From Alphaproteobacteria bacterium (GTDB lineage: Bacteria > Pseudomonadota > Alphaproteobacteria > SP197), in NCBI GenBank assembly GCA_964291415.2, contig OZ219917.1:352001-416000 (forward strand): a DNA stretch of 64,000 nt, in the 5' to 3' direction. Shown piece after piece: positions 21,155 through 30,101 of this stretch (position 1 is its first letter; every line of letters begins with the position of its first letter). The position numbers and the translations under genes were made by a program. Below the pieces are notes generated by a model. It was not told the DNA's origin. It saw only the letters and a program-made list of their open reading frames with translations, and did not search any database.

Positions 21155-22228
21155 ATGAGCAGCACAGGCTATCCGGACTGGGAGACCTTCATGGCGACAA
21201 GTTTCGCCGGCAGGAGAGAGTTCCCGCTTGTCGCGCCGGAGACGCCCTCGTTCATGTCGCGCCCCGTGGCCAGGGCGCCGGATGATCTTGAAGGTGCGGA
21301 CGTGGTCATCATCGGTGCCCCCTATGTCGCTGCCGAGGATGGCAAGTATGCCGGTGTCGCCATGGAGGAATGGATCGAGGCGCCCAAGCGGGTCCGCCAG
21401 CAGTCGGCACGCTACCCTGGCGGCTACATCCAGGATTTCGACCTGGAACTCTTCGATCACATCACCATGGTCGACTACGGCGATGCGGACATTCCGCCGG
21501 ACGTCATGGAGAACCAGACGCCCGAACGCATCCTTGCCGCGCAGGAGGCCGTGGAGGTGAAATGCCGGGACGCCTTGCGAGCCGGAGCGGTTCCGGTGGT
21601 GATCGGGCAGAACAGCCCCTGCGGCAGCTATGCCATTGCCAAGGCCTGCGCCGAACACACCGAGGGCGCGGTGGGCTGTGTCAGTCTCGATACGCACTGG
21701 GACGCCCAGCCTGTCGACTACCTGACCGGCGATCCGCGGATAGCGGGCGCGGCGTCCTGGAAACACAAGATGTACGAGTTTCTCGACAACATGCATCCCC
21801 GCAATCTTGTCGAGATCGGCGAACGCGGCATGCTGGAGACAAGCGACATCGTTCGCCGCTATCTCGATGACGGCGCCCGCTTCATCTCGTCGTGGGAACT
21901 GCGCACAAGCCTGGGGATCGAGGGATGTGTTCGGGATCTTGATCGCGCCTGGGATGGCACCCGGGGCGTCTACGCCCACTTCGACATGGATGTCATGGGT
22001 GGCGCCGGACCGGCGCCCGGAGACATCCTCGGCGAACTGGTGGAACCCATCGCCATGACCGACTACGAAGTCATACGCATTGCCCACGAGATCGGCCGGC
22101 GTGGCGTGACAGGTTTCAGCTTCATCTGCATTCCGCCAGGCTCGGCCGCCGTCTACCGGGTCATCGTCTACATCATCGTCTACCTGGCTGCAGGTCTTGC
22201 CCTGCGCAAGCTGGGACGGGGCGCCTGA
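21155..22228 (+). CDS. Ureohydrolase (arginase/agmatinase family) with an atypical active site
   Basis: DYGD, DTHWD, EIGER and HFDMDV are present. The canonical GGDHS is replaced by GQNS. Confidence 0.85.
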   Translation: MSSTGYPDWETFMATSFAGRREFPLVAPETPSFMSRPVARAPDDLEGADVVIIGAPYVAAEDGKYAGVAMEEWIEAPKRVRQQSARYPGGYIQDFDLELFDHITMVDYGDADIPPDVMENQTPERILAAQEAVEVKCRDALRAGAVPVVIGQNSPCGSYAIAKACAEHTEGAVGCVSLDTHWDAQPVDYLTGDPRIAGAASWKHKMYEFLDNMHPRNLVEIGERGMLETSDIVRRYLDDGARFISSWELRTSLGIEGCVRDLDRAWDGTRGVYAHFDMDVMGGAGPAPGDILGELVEPIAMTDYEVIRIAHEIGRRGVTGFSFICIPPGSAAVYRVIVYIIVYLAAGLALRKLGRGA

Positions 22229-22229
22229 C

Positions 22230-23990
22230 ATGAGCGAAACCCGCGTCACCGGAGTCCGTTTCGAACCCGAAGACAGGCCCCCGCTTCTTCTGACGATCGG
22301 CCTTGGAGCCCAGTTCGCGATCATCGTGGTGACCGGCATCGTCCTGACGCCGGCAATCGTCGTCAGGGCTGCCGGAGGCAGCGAAGCCTTCCTTGTCTGG
22401 GCCGCGTTCGCCGCCCTTGTCGTGAGTGGCCTGACAACCATTCTCCAGGCCCGCAGGATCGGTCCGTTCGGCGCCGGCTACATTCTCGTCATGGGAACCT
22501 CCGGCGCCTTCATTGCCGTGTGCGTCACGGCTCTTGCCGAAGGCGGCCCTGGCATGCTGGCGACACTCGTCTTCCTGTCATCCCTGGTCCAGTTCACGCT
22601 GGCCAGGCGTCTGTCGATCCTGCGCCGGATCCTGACGCCGGCGGTGACAGGGACCGTCATCATGATGATTCCAGTGACCGTCATGCCCATCGTGTTCGAC
22701 ATGCTGGCGAATGTTCCCGAGCAAGTGGAGCCGCTGGCCCCTCCGCTGGTGGCAGGCGTGACGCTCGCCGTCATTCTCGCCATCGCCTTTGGCTCACGTT
22801 CCAGCCTGCGCCTGTGGGCGCCCATCATCGGTATTGTTGTTGGTTGCGGCATCGCCGCATGGTTTGGTCTCTACGACACGGCCCGGGTTGCCGCCGCCGG
22901 CTGGATCGGCATTCCGGATGGCGGCTGGCCGGGGTTCAATCTTGATTTCGGACCGACGTTCTGGATTCTGCTGCCGGCCTTCATCTTTGTCACCTATGTC
23001 GGCGCCATCGAGACCATAGGCGATTCCGTCGCCATCCAGTCGGTCTCGTGGAAGCGCCGGCGGGCCATCGACTACAAGGTGGTTCAGGGCGCCGTTTCGG
23101 CCGACGGGGTGGGCAATTTCCTTTCAGGACTCGCCGGGACGATTCCCAACACGACCTATTCTACGAGCATCGCGGTCGTCGAACTGACCGGCATCGCGTC
23201 GCGCAGGGTCGGGGTCTGTGTCGGCCTGGTTCTCCTGATCGTCGCCTTCGTGCCGAAGTTTGCGGCCCTCGTGCTGGCGATTCCGGCGGCAGTAGCGGCG
23301 GCCTACGTGATTGTTCTTCTCGGTCTTCTCTTTGTCGCGGGCATGCGCCTCGTGATCAGCGACGGCATGGATTATCGCAAGAGTCTGATGGTCGGCACGG
23401 CATTCTGGATCGGCACCGGCTTTCAGCACGGTGTCGTCTTTCCGGATCTTCTGGGCCCCTGGGTGGGCAGTCTCGTCGGCAACGGCATGACCGCCGGAGG
23501 TATCACGGCTGTCGTGCTGACGGTGTGTCTCAACCTGATGTCGCCCAAGAGTGTGGTGCTCAAGACAACAGCGGGCGCCGGAGCAGCAGAGGAGATATCC
23601 AGTTTCCTCGGGAAGGTGGGCTCGAGATACGGATGGACCGGGATACAGACAGACCGCCTCATCCTGGTTGGCGACGAGATGGCTGCGACCCTGATGGTTG
23701 CCGATGACGACGGTGAAGCACGACGGATCGTGGTCAAGGCGCGCAGCGAGGGCTCGTCCATCGAGCTTGAGTTCGTGACGTCAGGCAGCGACGGCAACAT
23801 CGAGGACGAGATCATGTTGCTGGGCGAGCAGCCCGTCAGCACCATCGTCGAGAGAGAACTTTCGCTGCGCCTCTTGCGGCACTACGCGTCGTCGGTCCAC
23901 CACCAGAGCTTCACCGATGCTGATATCCTGACGGCACGCGTCGAGCGTCCCGAGCAGGGGACATCCAAATCGCGGCCGTCCATCGAGTGA
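22230..23990 (+). CDS. NCS2 (xanthine/uracil-type) permease with a C-terminal degenerate HATPase_c (RsbW-like) domain
   Basis: NCS2 motifs MGTSGAF, ETIGD, ADG and PNTTYS, followed by a ~140-aa soluble tail ending ERELSLRLLRHYASSVHH. Confidence 0.85.
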   Translation: MSETRVTGVRFEPEDRPPLLLTIGLGAQFAIIVVTGIVLTPAIVVRAAGGSEAFLVWAAFAALVVSGLTTILQARRIGPFGAGYILVMGTSGAFIAVCVTALAEGGPGMLATLVFLSSLVQFTLARRLSILRRILTPAVTGTVIMMIPVTVMPIVFDMLANVPEQVEPLAPPLVAGVTLAVILAIAFGSRSSLRLWAPIIGIVVGCGIAAWFGLYDTARVAAAGWIGIPDGGWPGFNLDFGPTFWILLPAFIFVTYVGAIETIGDSVAIQSVSWKRRRAIDYKVVQGAVSADGVGNFLSGLAGTIPNTTYSTSIAVVELTGIASRRVGVCVGLVLLIVAFVPKFAALVLAIPAAVAAAYVIVLLGLLFVAGMRLVISDGMDYRKSLMVGTAFWIGTGFQHGVVFPDLLGPWVGSLVGNGMTAGGITAVVLTVCLNLMSPKSVVLKTTAGAGAAEEISSFLGKVGSRYGWTGIQTDRLILVGDEMAATLMVADDDGEARRIVVKARSEGSSIELEFVTSGSDGNIEDEIMLLGEQPVSTIVERELSLRLLRHYASSVHHQSFTDADILTARVERPEQGTSKSRPSIE

Positions 23991-25231
23991 AAACGATCGT
24001 GCATGACCTTGCACCGGAGGCAACGGCAACGAGGGAGATCCAAGGAATGACCGTTCCCCTGAAACCGAACGAAGCCCGGCAACTGTTGCCGAAGCAGTGC
24101 TACTACTCCGGCGACTGGTTCGAACGGGAACACCAGGAGCTGTTCAGCCGCTCCTGGACCTTTGCCTGCACGGTCCAGGACGTGCCGCATGCCGGTGACT
24201 ACAAGGCGGTCCAGATCAACCGCTATCCCATGATTGTCGTGCGCACGAAGGATGGTTCCCTGCGCACCTATCACAACACGTGCCGACACCGGGGAACGCA
24301 GATTTTCGAGGAAGGGAAGGGCAACTGCCGCCACGGCATCGTCTGCCCCTACCATGCCTGGACCTACAACATCGACGACGGCAGTCTGCGCGGACTGCCG
24401 AAGAAGGACCTCTGCTTTGCCGGCATGAACCTGGCGGACTGGCCGCTGCACGCCGGGAGTGTCGGCACCATCGGTGATCTCGTGTTCGTCAATCCGATGG
24501 CTCAACCCGACGAAGACTTCGACACCTGGATCGGTTCCATGCCGACGACCCACATGTGGCCGCATTCACTGGAAGGGTTGTCCGAGAAACGCCCGGTACG
24601 CTACGACATCCACTGCAACTGGAAGGTGTTCTGCGAAAACGCGATGGATGGCTATCACCTGAGCTATCTCCACGACAGGACGCTCATGGGTCCCGACGTG
24701 GAGGATCAGGACTGGGACGCGGTTCACCGTCACTGGATCTCCATAGGCTTTGGAGAGAATCCGTCCCGGGAGAACTCGCACCATGCCACCATACCCGGAA
24801 CGGCGATGTCGGGACGGCGCCCCGTCGTCTGGCAGTTCTTTCCCAACTCAGGGGTCCTGGCGACGTCGATCTTCTTTTCGGCCTACGTGATCGTTCCGGT
24901 AGGCCCGGAGCGCTGCTACCTTGAACTGCGTACCTGGATGGCGCCGTGGGAGAAGGACGCCAAGGTGAAGAAGGAGGGACACAGAAGCGGAACCAGCGGA
25001 CATGGCCACATCATGAAGGATGGCCGGCGCTACATTTCCCTTGAAGAGCTCAGCTGTCACGCCATGGAGGCCCTCGACTTTCAGATCGAGGACATGTGGG
25101 TCGTCGAGCAGCAGCAAAAGGCCCTGCGTTCCCCGATGATGAAGACCGGTGAACTGGCCGACCACGGTGAAACCTCCCTGACCTTCTTCCAGGCCAACAT
25201 CCTCGACCTGGTGCCACTCGACCCGTCCTGA
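23987..25231 (+). CDS. Rieske oxygenase alpha subunit (choline monooxygenase / N-demethylase-like group)
   Basis: CRHRG...CPYHAW, NWKVFCENAMDGYHLSYLH and EDMWVVEQQQ motifs. Confidence 0.88.
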   Translation: MKTIVHDLAPEATATREIQGMTVPLKPNEARQLLPKQCYYSGDWFEREHQELFSRSWTFACTVQDVPHAGDYKAVQINRYPMIVVRTKDGSLRTYHNTCRHRGTQIFEEGKGNCRHGIVCPYHAWTYNIDDGSLRGLPKKDLCFAGMNLADWPLHAGSVGTIGDLVFVNPMAQPDEDFDTWIGSMPTTHMWPHSLEGLSEKRPVRYDIHCNWKVFCENAMDGYHLSYLHDRTLMGPDVEDQDWDAVHRHWISIGFGENPSRENSHHATIPGTAMSGRRPVVWQFFPNSGVLATSIFFSAYVIVPVGPERCYLELRTWMAPWEKDAKVKKEGHRSGTSGHGHIMKDGRRYISLEELSCHAMEALDFQIEDMWVVEQQQKALRSPMMKTGELADHGETSLTFFQANILDLVPLDPS

Positions 25232-25235
25232 GGCG

Positions 25236-26085
25236 TCACGGGTCGTCGGTCTTTCGGCGCAGCGGCCGGGCAAGCAGGCGCGGCCGCCCTTCCGGCACCA
25301 TCCATCTCGATGCCGGTCGTCCGCGCCTTTGCTGTCTCGTCTCCTGACGTGGCCCCGTGAGGTCCATGGACGGCTCCGAATCGGGTGAAGGCGCGCTCTC
25401 TGCGTCGTCGACCGCTCTCCGCATCACCTCTGTTGGACGGCACCGGATCGAAATCTACCGGGGACGATGCCGCGAGGGCGCCCGCACCGCCGGACGGTGC
25501 GGGTCTGAATGCGCCGCTGTCGCGCACGAACCTCTGGAAGTTCCCCGGATCGAGGGGGGTGTTCCAGATCGTCTCATAGACCTTGCGCAACTCGGCCACC
25601 GTGAAGGCCGGCGGACAGAACTGGGCGGCGATGGTCGTCGTTTCGAGTCGTGAACGGACCCGTTTCACCGCGTCGGCGACAATCTGGTCGTGGTCGAAGG
25701 CAAGGCGGAGAGCACCGCTTTCGATCCCGTCCACGGGCTCAAGACGGGCAGACGCCGCGTCGCCACCACCTCGGGGACGGGGCAGACCGGCGGTGATGGC
25801 CCAGAAGGCGACGGTCACCGTCCGCATGCGTGGATCCCGTGCCGGATCGCCATAGGCGGCGAGCTGTTCCAGGTGCCACGCGCCTTCGGCGAGACCGGTT
25901 TCTTCCTCGAGTTCGCGGGCGGCCGCCGCGTCGAGATCCTCGTCGGGACGCACGAAGCCACCCGGCAGGGCGAGTTTCCCGAGATAGGGGTTCCCGCCAC
26001 GCTCGATCAGCAGAATCTTGAAGGTGTCGTCCTCGATGGTGAAGAGCGCGATATCGACGGTGACGGCAAATGGCGGATAGTTCAC
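25236..26085 (-). CDS. nrtR: NrtR-family Nudix/wHTH transcriptional regulator, apparent frameshift near 25430
   Basis: VTVDI, ALPGGF, RELEEETG, RDPR, LAFDH and FTVAELRKVYE...DPGNF are present. The wing motif RGRPASRW lies in the 25236-25427 frame, which ends 5 bp from the convergent Rieske gene. Confidence 0.88.
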
Positions 26086-26118
26086 GGTATTTCCTCACTG
26101 GCCTGTCCACGTGATATT

Positions 26119-26137
26119 TATTGTTGCAATGACAATA
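26119..26137. promoter_or_regulatory. NrtR operator 1
   Basis: TATTGT-TGCAATG-ACAATA palindrome (GT-N7-AC core) in the divergent intergenic region. Confidence 0.8.
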
Positions 26138-26149
26138 TTATCTGCCATA

Positions 26150-26170
26150 TTATTGTCAGTGTCACAATAA
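26150..26170. promoter_or_regulatory. NrtR operator 2
   Basis: TTATTGT-CAGTGTC-ACAATAA palindrome just upstream of the AAGGAGG RBS. Confidence 0.82.
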
Positions 26171-26186
26171 ACCGAAGGAGGCCAGC

Positions 26187-27107
26187 ATGACCATACCCAG
26201 CCTTGAAATCGCCGCCGTGGGATCCCCGATCACGCGCCTCGGTGTCTCGTTCTTCCCCGTCTACCTGCAGGACAATCCCCTTCCGGCCATCGACACCGGT
26301 GATTCATCGGGACTGATCGTCAGCGAGTTCGACGTCGCGACAGTCGGAGCGCTCAAGGTCACCAATCCAACCGACAAGCCGATCCTGATCGTCGAGGGAG
26401 AGCATTTCACCGGGGGCAAGCAGAATCGCACCATCAACGCCACCGTTCTCGTTGCGGCCGGATCCAGGCTCGACATTCCCGTATCGTGTCTGGAACAGGG
26501 CCGATGGGGCCGCCACCGGGCATGGCGCCGCGCGGAGGCCTTCGCGCCCGAGAGCATCCGCAAGAGGAAACGCGCAAGCGTCAACAGGTCCTTCAGTGTC
26601 AACCGGAACCGGATGAGCGACCAGCACGGCATCTGGGACGACATCTCGGCCATGATGCTTCGCGAAGGTGTTGCGTCACCAACGGGCGCCGCCGAGGACC
26701 TGGAAGACTCCTACCGGCGGCATCACTCCCGCCGGAAGACCGTCGAGGCCCTCGTCGAACGCGGTCCGCTTCCGGGACAGTGCGGCGTGGTCGTGGCGCA
26801 CGGCAGGGATGTCACAGCCATGGATCTCTTCGGTGCGCCGCACCTTCTCCGCAAACACTGGGGAGCGCTGGTCCGGTCGCACTTCATCGAAAACAGACCG
26901 TCCACGGGACGCCCGTCAGCCACACGTGCCCTCAGGAACATCAGGCGCCTTGGAACATCACCGGCCAAGACCGCGCCTGGCGTCGGGCTCGGCTGCGAAC
27001 ATCGGGTGACCGGGCACCGTCTGACGGGCCAGGCACTGGTCCTGAATGATGCGCTGATCCATGCCTCGTTCTCGTACGACACCACCGGGAGCGCACACCA
27101 TGGCTGA
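26187..27107 (+). CDS. ARPP-1 (DUF6569) domain protein
   Basis: V..LKVTN.TDKPILIVEGEHFTGGKQNRTIN...IPVSCLEQGRW and DQHGIWD motifs, characteristic of this family. Confidence 0.82.
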   Translation: MTIPSLEIAAVGSPITRLGVSFFPVYLQDNPLPAIDTGDSSGLIVSEFDVATVGALKVTNPTDKPILIVEGEHFTGGKQNRTINATVLVAAGSRLDIPVSCLEQGRWGRHRAWRRAEAFAPESIRKRKRASVNRSFSVNRNRMSDQHGIWDDISAMMLREGVASPTGAAEDLEDSYRRHHSRRKTVEALVERGPLPGQCGVVVAHGRDVTAMDLFGAPHLLRKHWGALVRSHFIENRPSTGRPSATRALRNIRRLGTSPAKTAPGVGLGCEHRVTGHRLTGQALVLNDALIHASFSYDTTGSAHHG

Positions 27108-28130
27108 TGATCGCGCGCAAGGGCTGATGGTCGGACTGGCAGTCGGCAATCTTCTCGGCATCTCGACAGAGGGATGGTCAAGATCCTCGATCGCCAGGGC
27201 CTTTCCCGGAGGCATGCAGGATATTGTCGCGCGGCCCGGATTTCCCGACGACGACGATCTGGCGCAGGCCATCATCATTGCCGAGGCGGCAACGGGTGGA
27301 GACGGTCTCGACATCGACGACCTTGGCCGGCGGTTCTGGCACTGGGCGGAAGTGAATGGTGCGGGAATGGGCAGGCTGACCGGCGCTGTCTGTCGCTCTA
27401 CGGCGGCGACTATCCGCAACGGCTCGGCCGTGAACGCGAGACCGGCAAACCCCGCAAGCCGGACGGCCTGCCGATCATCGAGGCGTCGCGGAAGGGATGG
27501 AGAGGTGACCGCGCCGGGAATGGAGCACTGATGCGCACGGCACCCCTGTCGATCCTCTGGCGCGATTCAAGGGACCCGTTGGTGTGCCAGAGCGTGATCT
27601 CGGCCGTGCCGACACACTGGGACGTGCGATGCGGCTGGTCGTGCGCGATCGCCAATCTCGTCACGGCCGCGGCTCTCACCGGCGCGATCCTCGATTCGGA
27701 CATGCTGATGAGGGAAGCCGAGGCAGGCATGGCGGCATCCCTGCCGCGGCTTGAGGCCTATGGCTACGACACGCGAGCGCCGAAGAGTGTGGTGGACGCG
27801 GTTGACGAGGCGTCCGTCTCGACGCTGGATGACCTGAGATTCGACGGTCACGACATGGGATACACGCTGCTCTCTCTCCAGGCGGCGCTGATTTCCTGCT
27901 GGCGGGCGGAGAGTTTCGAACAGGGTCTGCGCCAGGTGATCGAGGCGGGCGGGGATACCGATACCAACGGCGCCATTGCCGGCGCCGTGCTTGGCGCCCG
28001 CTTCGGCCTCGCGGGCATTCCCGAACGCTGGCGTCGGCGGGAGGCCGAACTCAGAACCGGGCGCATCCGGATGGAGGACTGCGCCGACCGGTTGGTGGCC
28101 GCCCGGGAAGGGGCATCGTTGACATCCTGA
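27100..28130 (+). CDS. ADP-ribosylglycohydrolase (DraG/ARH family), apparent frameshift at about 27390
   Basis: GLMVGLAVGNLLG and PDDDDLA in frame 1, then GNGALMR, PTH and GGDTDTNGAIAGAVLGA in frame 2. Adding one C (GTC CTG TCG) joins them. Confidence 0.9.
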
Positions 28131-28212
28131 CGGAACCGGGTGGGTCAAGGGGATCGGTTGCACGAGCCTGATCCAATGGTCTGGCTGTGCGCCGATCCCG
28201 AACCGGGCGTGT

Positions 28213-28713
28213 CTAGCGCTGCCAGGTACACTCCGCCCAGGTGACGTAGACCGTCTCCGTCAGGTAGTCGGTGTCGTAGGAGCATGAGCCGGTGATGCCT
28301 TCAAAACTGCCGGCGCCGCCCAGCAGCTTCAGGTCTCCCTCACCGCCTTCTTCAGCGGCGCCAGCCACACGCCGCTTGGCAACCGAGAACAGCATGTCGC
28401 CCGAGGGACTCGCGCTGGTGCAGGCCCCATCGAGTTCAGTTCCGGCGGCCGAAGTCTTTCCGGACACGATGCACGACGTCTGCATGGACCGTCCCTCGAC
28501 GAAGGGTCCGCCACTGCTCCGGACAATGGTGCTCGTGCCTTGAGAGGCTCCGCTGAAGAGCGTTCCGTCCATGTGCGTGATCCTGGCGTACTGGCTGGTC
28601 AGGCTCGTGGCAAGGGCGAAAGTGCCGGTTTCTGCAGCGGCCGGGCCCTGGCCAGCCTGCAGAAGCCCGACGGCGACGACCAGCCCCAATGCCCGTCTCT
28701 TATCGAATGTCAT
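28213..28713 (-). CDS. Secreted hypothetical protein, probable beta-barrel
   Basis: Signal peptide, beta-strand pattern, GG.G.FEGITGSC and four Cys. Confidence 0.65.
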   Translation of the reverse strand: MTFDKRRALGLVVAVGLLQAGQGPAAAETGTFALATSLTSQYARITHMDGTLFSGASQGTSTIVRSSGGPFVEGRSMQTSCIVSGKTSAAGTELDGACTSASPSGDMLFSVAKRRVAGAAEEGGEGDLKLLGGAGSFEGITGSCSYDTDYLTETVYVTWAECTWQR

Positions 28714-28971
28714 GGCGTTCTTCCCCGTCTTTTCGAGATGGCAAATGCAGTCCCCAAAGTGTCAACAAAGAACGGGCTCAACAACAGGAATCTAGTCATC
28801 TCCACCCACCAGACTGGCCAGGCGGCACGTCGGCAAACTCGCAACGCATCACGGCCCTCACCCGCGCCGGACGCGACGACGTTGCCAGGGTTGTGATCCG
28901 GGCGTCCGCCGGTCATGCTCCATGGGGGTCCTGCCGGGTCCGCATGGCATGCCAGGGGAAGGAGGTGCGAG

Positions 28972-29805
28972 TTGGCGTCGTACACGAAGCCTGCGCAGTG
29001 GGATGATCCGCGCAACAAGCTCTTTCCTCATCAGGTCGTCTTCACCTGTCCGCCCAGGGACTTCTGCGGTGGGCCGACGGACTTCGTGCGCATGGCGCCG
29101 GATACGGTTGGAGTCCATGGCCGCATGCTCCACATACCCGACTACGAACGCCGTCTTGAACAGCGCCTGCAGAACTTCGCGCTGCTCGAGGAGGTGGTGG
29201 AGTGCGCGGCGAACGCCGGCGCGGACGTCTGCGCCCAGGTTGGCTCGAACTGGGTCCATGCCTCGAACCTGGGGGTCGAGGGCATCCGCCGCTACATTGA
29301 ACGGCTGAGCGAGACTTATGCGACCGCGTTTCACATGGCGGGTTACGCCATGGTCGAAGCCCTGCGCGCGGCCAACGTCGAGAAAGTGGCGCTCAATGCC
29401 GTCTATCACTGGCCCGACTGGTGGGGCGGCACCGTGGGCTTTCTGCGCGAGGCCGGCTTCGACGTCGTGTGGGCCGGCAACTTCGTCGACCAGGGCTGGT
29501 TCGCCAGCCAGGAGGAGGTCAACGCCCAGATGTTCTGTTTCGACGAGGAGCTGGCGCAAAAGTCCATGGCCTGGGTTGCCGACAAGGCACCCCACGTCGA
29601 TGCCTACCTCGCCAACGGCACCGCCCATTTCCGGCGCGCATCTGACGGCGTGACCCGGAGATTCTGTGGTCTGGCGCCCGAACTCGAGGCCATGCTCGGA
29701 AAGCCTGTGATCACGCACGACATCGCACTCCACTGGCGCGTCTTCAAGACGCTCGGCGTGGCCCCGGTGACAAGGCAGGGCAGTCTGCTCGCCTCCCTGC
29801 AGTAG
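28972..29805 (+). CDS. Asp/Glu racemase superfamily protein (maleate isomerase / arylmalonate decarboxylase-like)
   Basis: AGGAGG RBS with TTG start. A..EALRA.NV.KVAL..VY and LEAMLGKPVITHDIALHW motifs. Confidence 0.78.
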   Translation: MASYTKPAQWDDPRNKLFPHQVVFTCPPRDFCGGPTDFVRMAPDTVGVHGRMLHIPDYERRLEQRLQNFALLEEVVECAANAGADVCAQVGSNWVHASNLGVEGIRRYIERLSETYATAFHMAGYAMVEALRAANVEKVALNAVYHWPDWWGGTVGFLREAGFDVVWAGNFVDQGWFASQEEVNAQMFCFDEELAQKSMAWVADKAPHVDAYLANGTAHFRRASDGVTRRFCGLAPELEAMLGKPVITHDIALHWRVFKTLGVAPVTRQGSLLASLQ

Positions 29806-30101
29806 TCGATAGCGGCAGCTCGCGCCAGCGATGATCGGGCTGCCCCTTCACGGGTCGTCGTTGCGCACACATCCGCCGACAGAACTGTCACGCCTGACGA
29901 CAACCGGTGATGGCGCGGCTTGGCGCGTGATTTCCCTGAGTTTTCACAACACGGCTGTCGTACAACGATGTTGTTGTACGTTCTTTCGCTGACTGTGACG
30001 CCGGTCTGAAGCGCTTCCCTTCAAGAGTTGCCGGTATCGTGATCGGGACTCTCGGCGGCCAGGCGGGCAAGCCGCCTCGGGCGTCCTTCCTTCGGTGGGC
30101 G

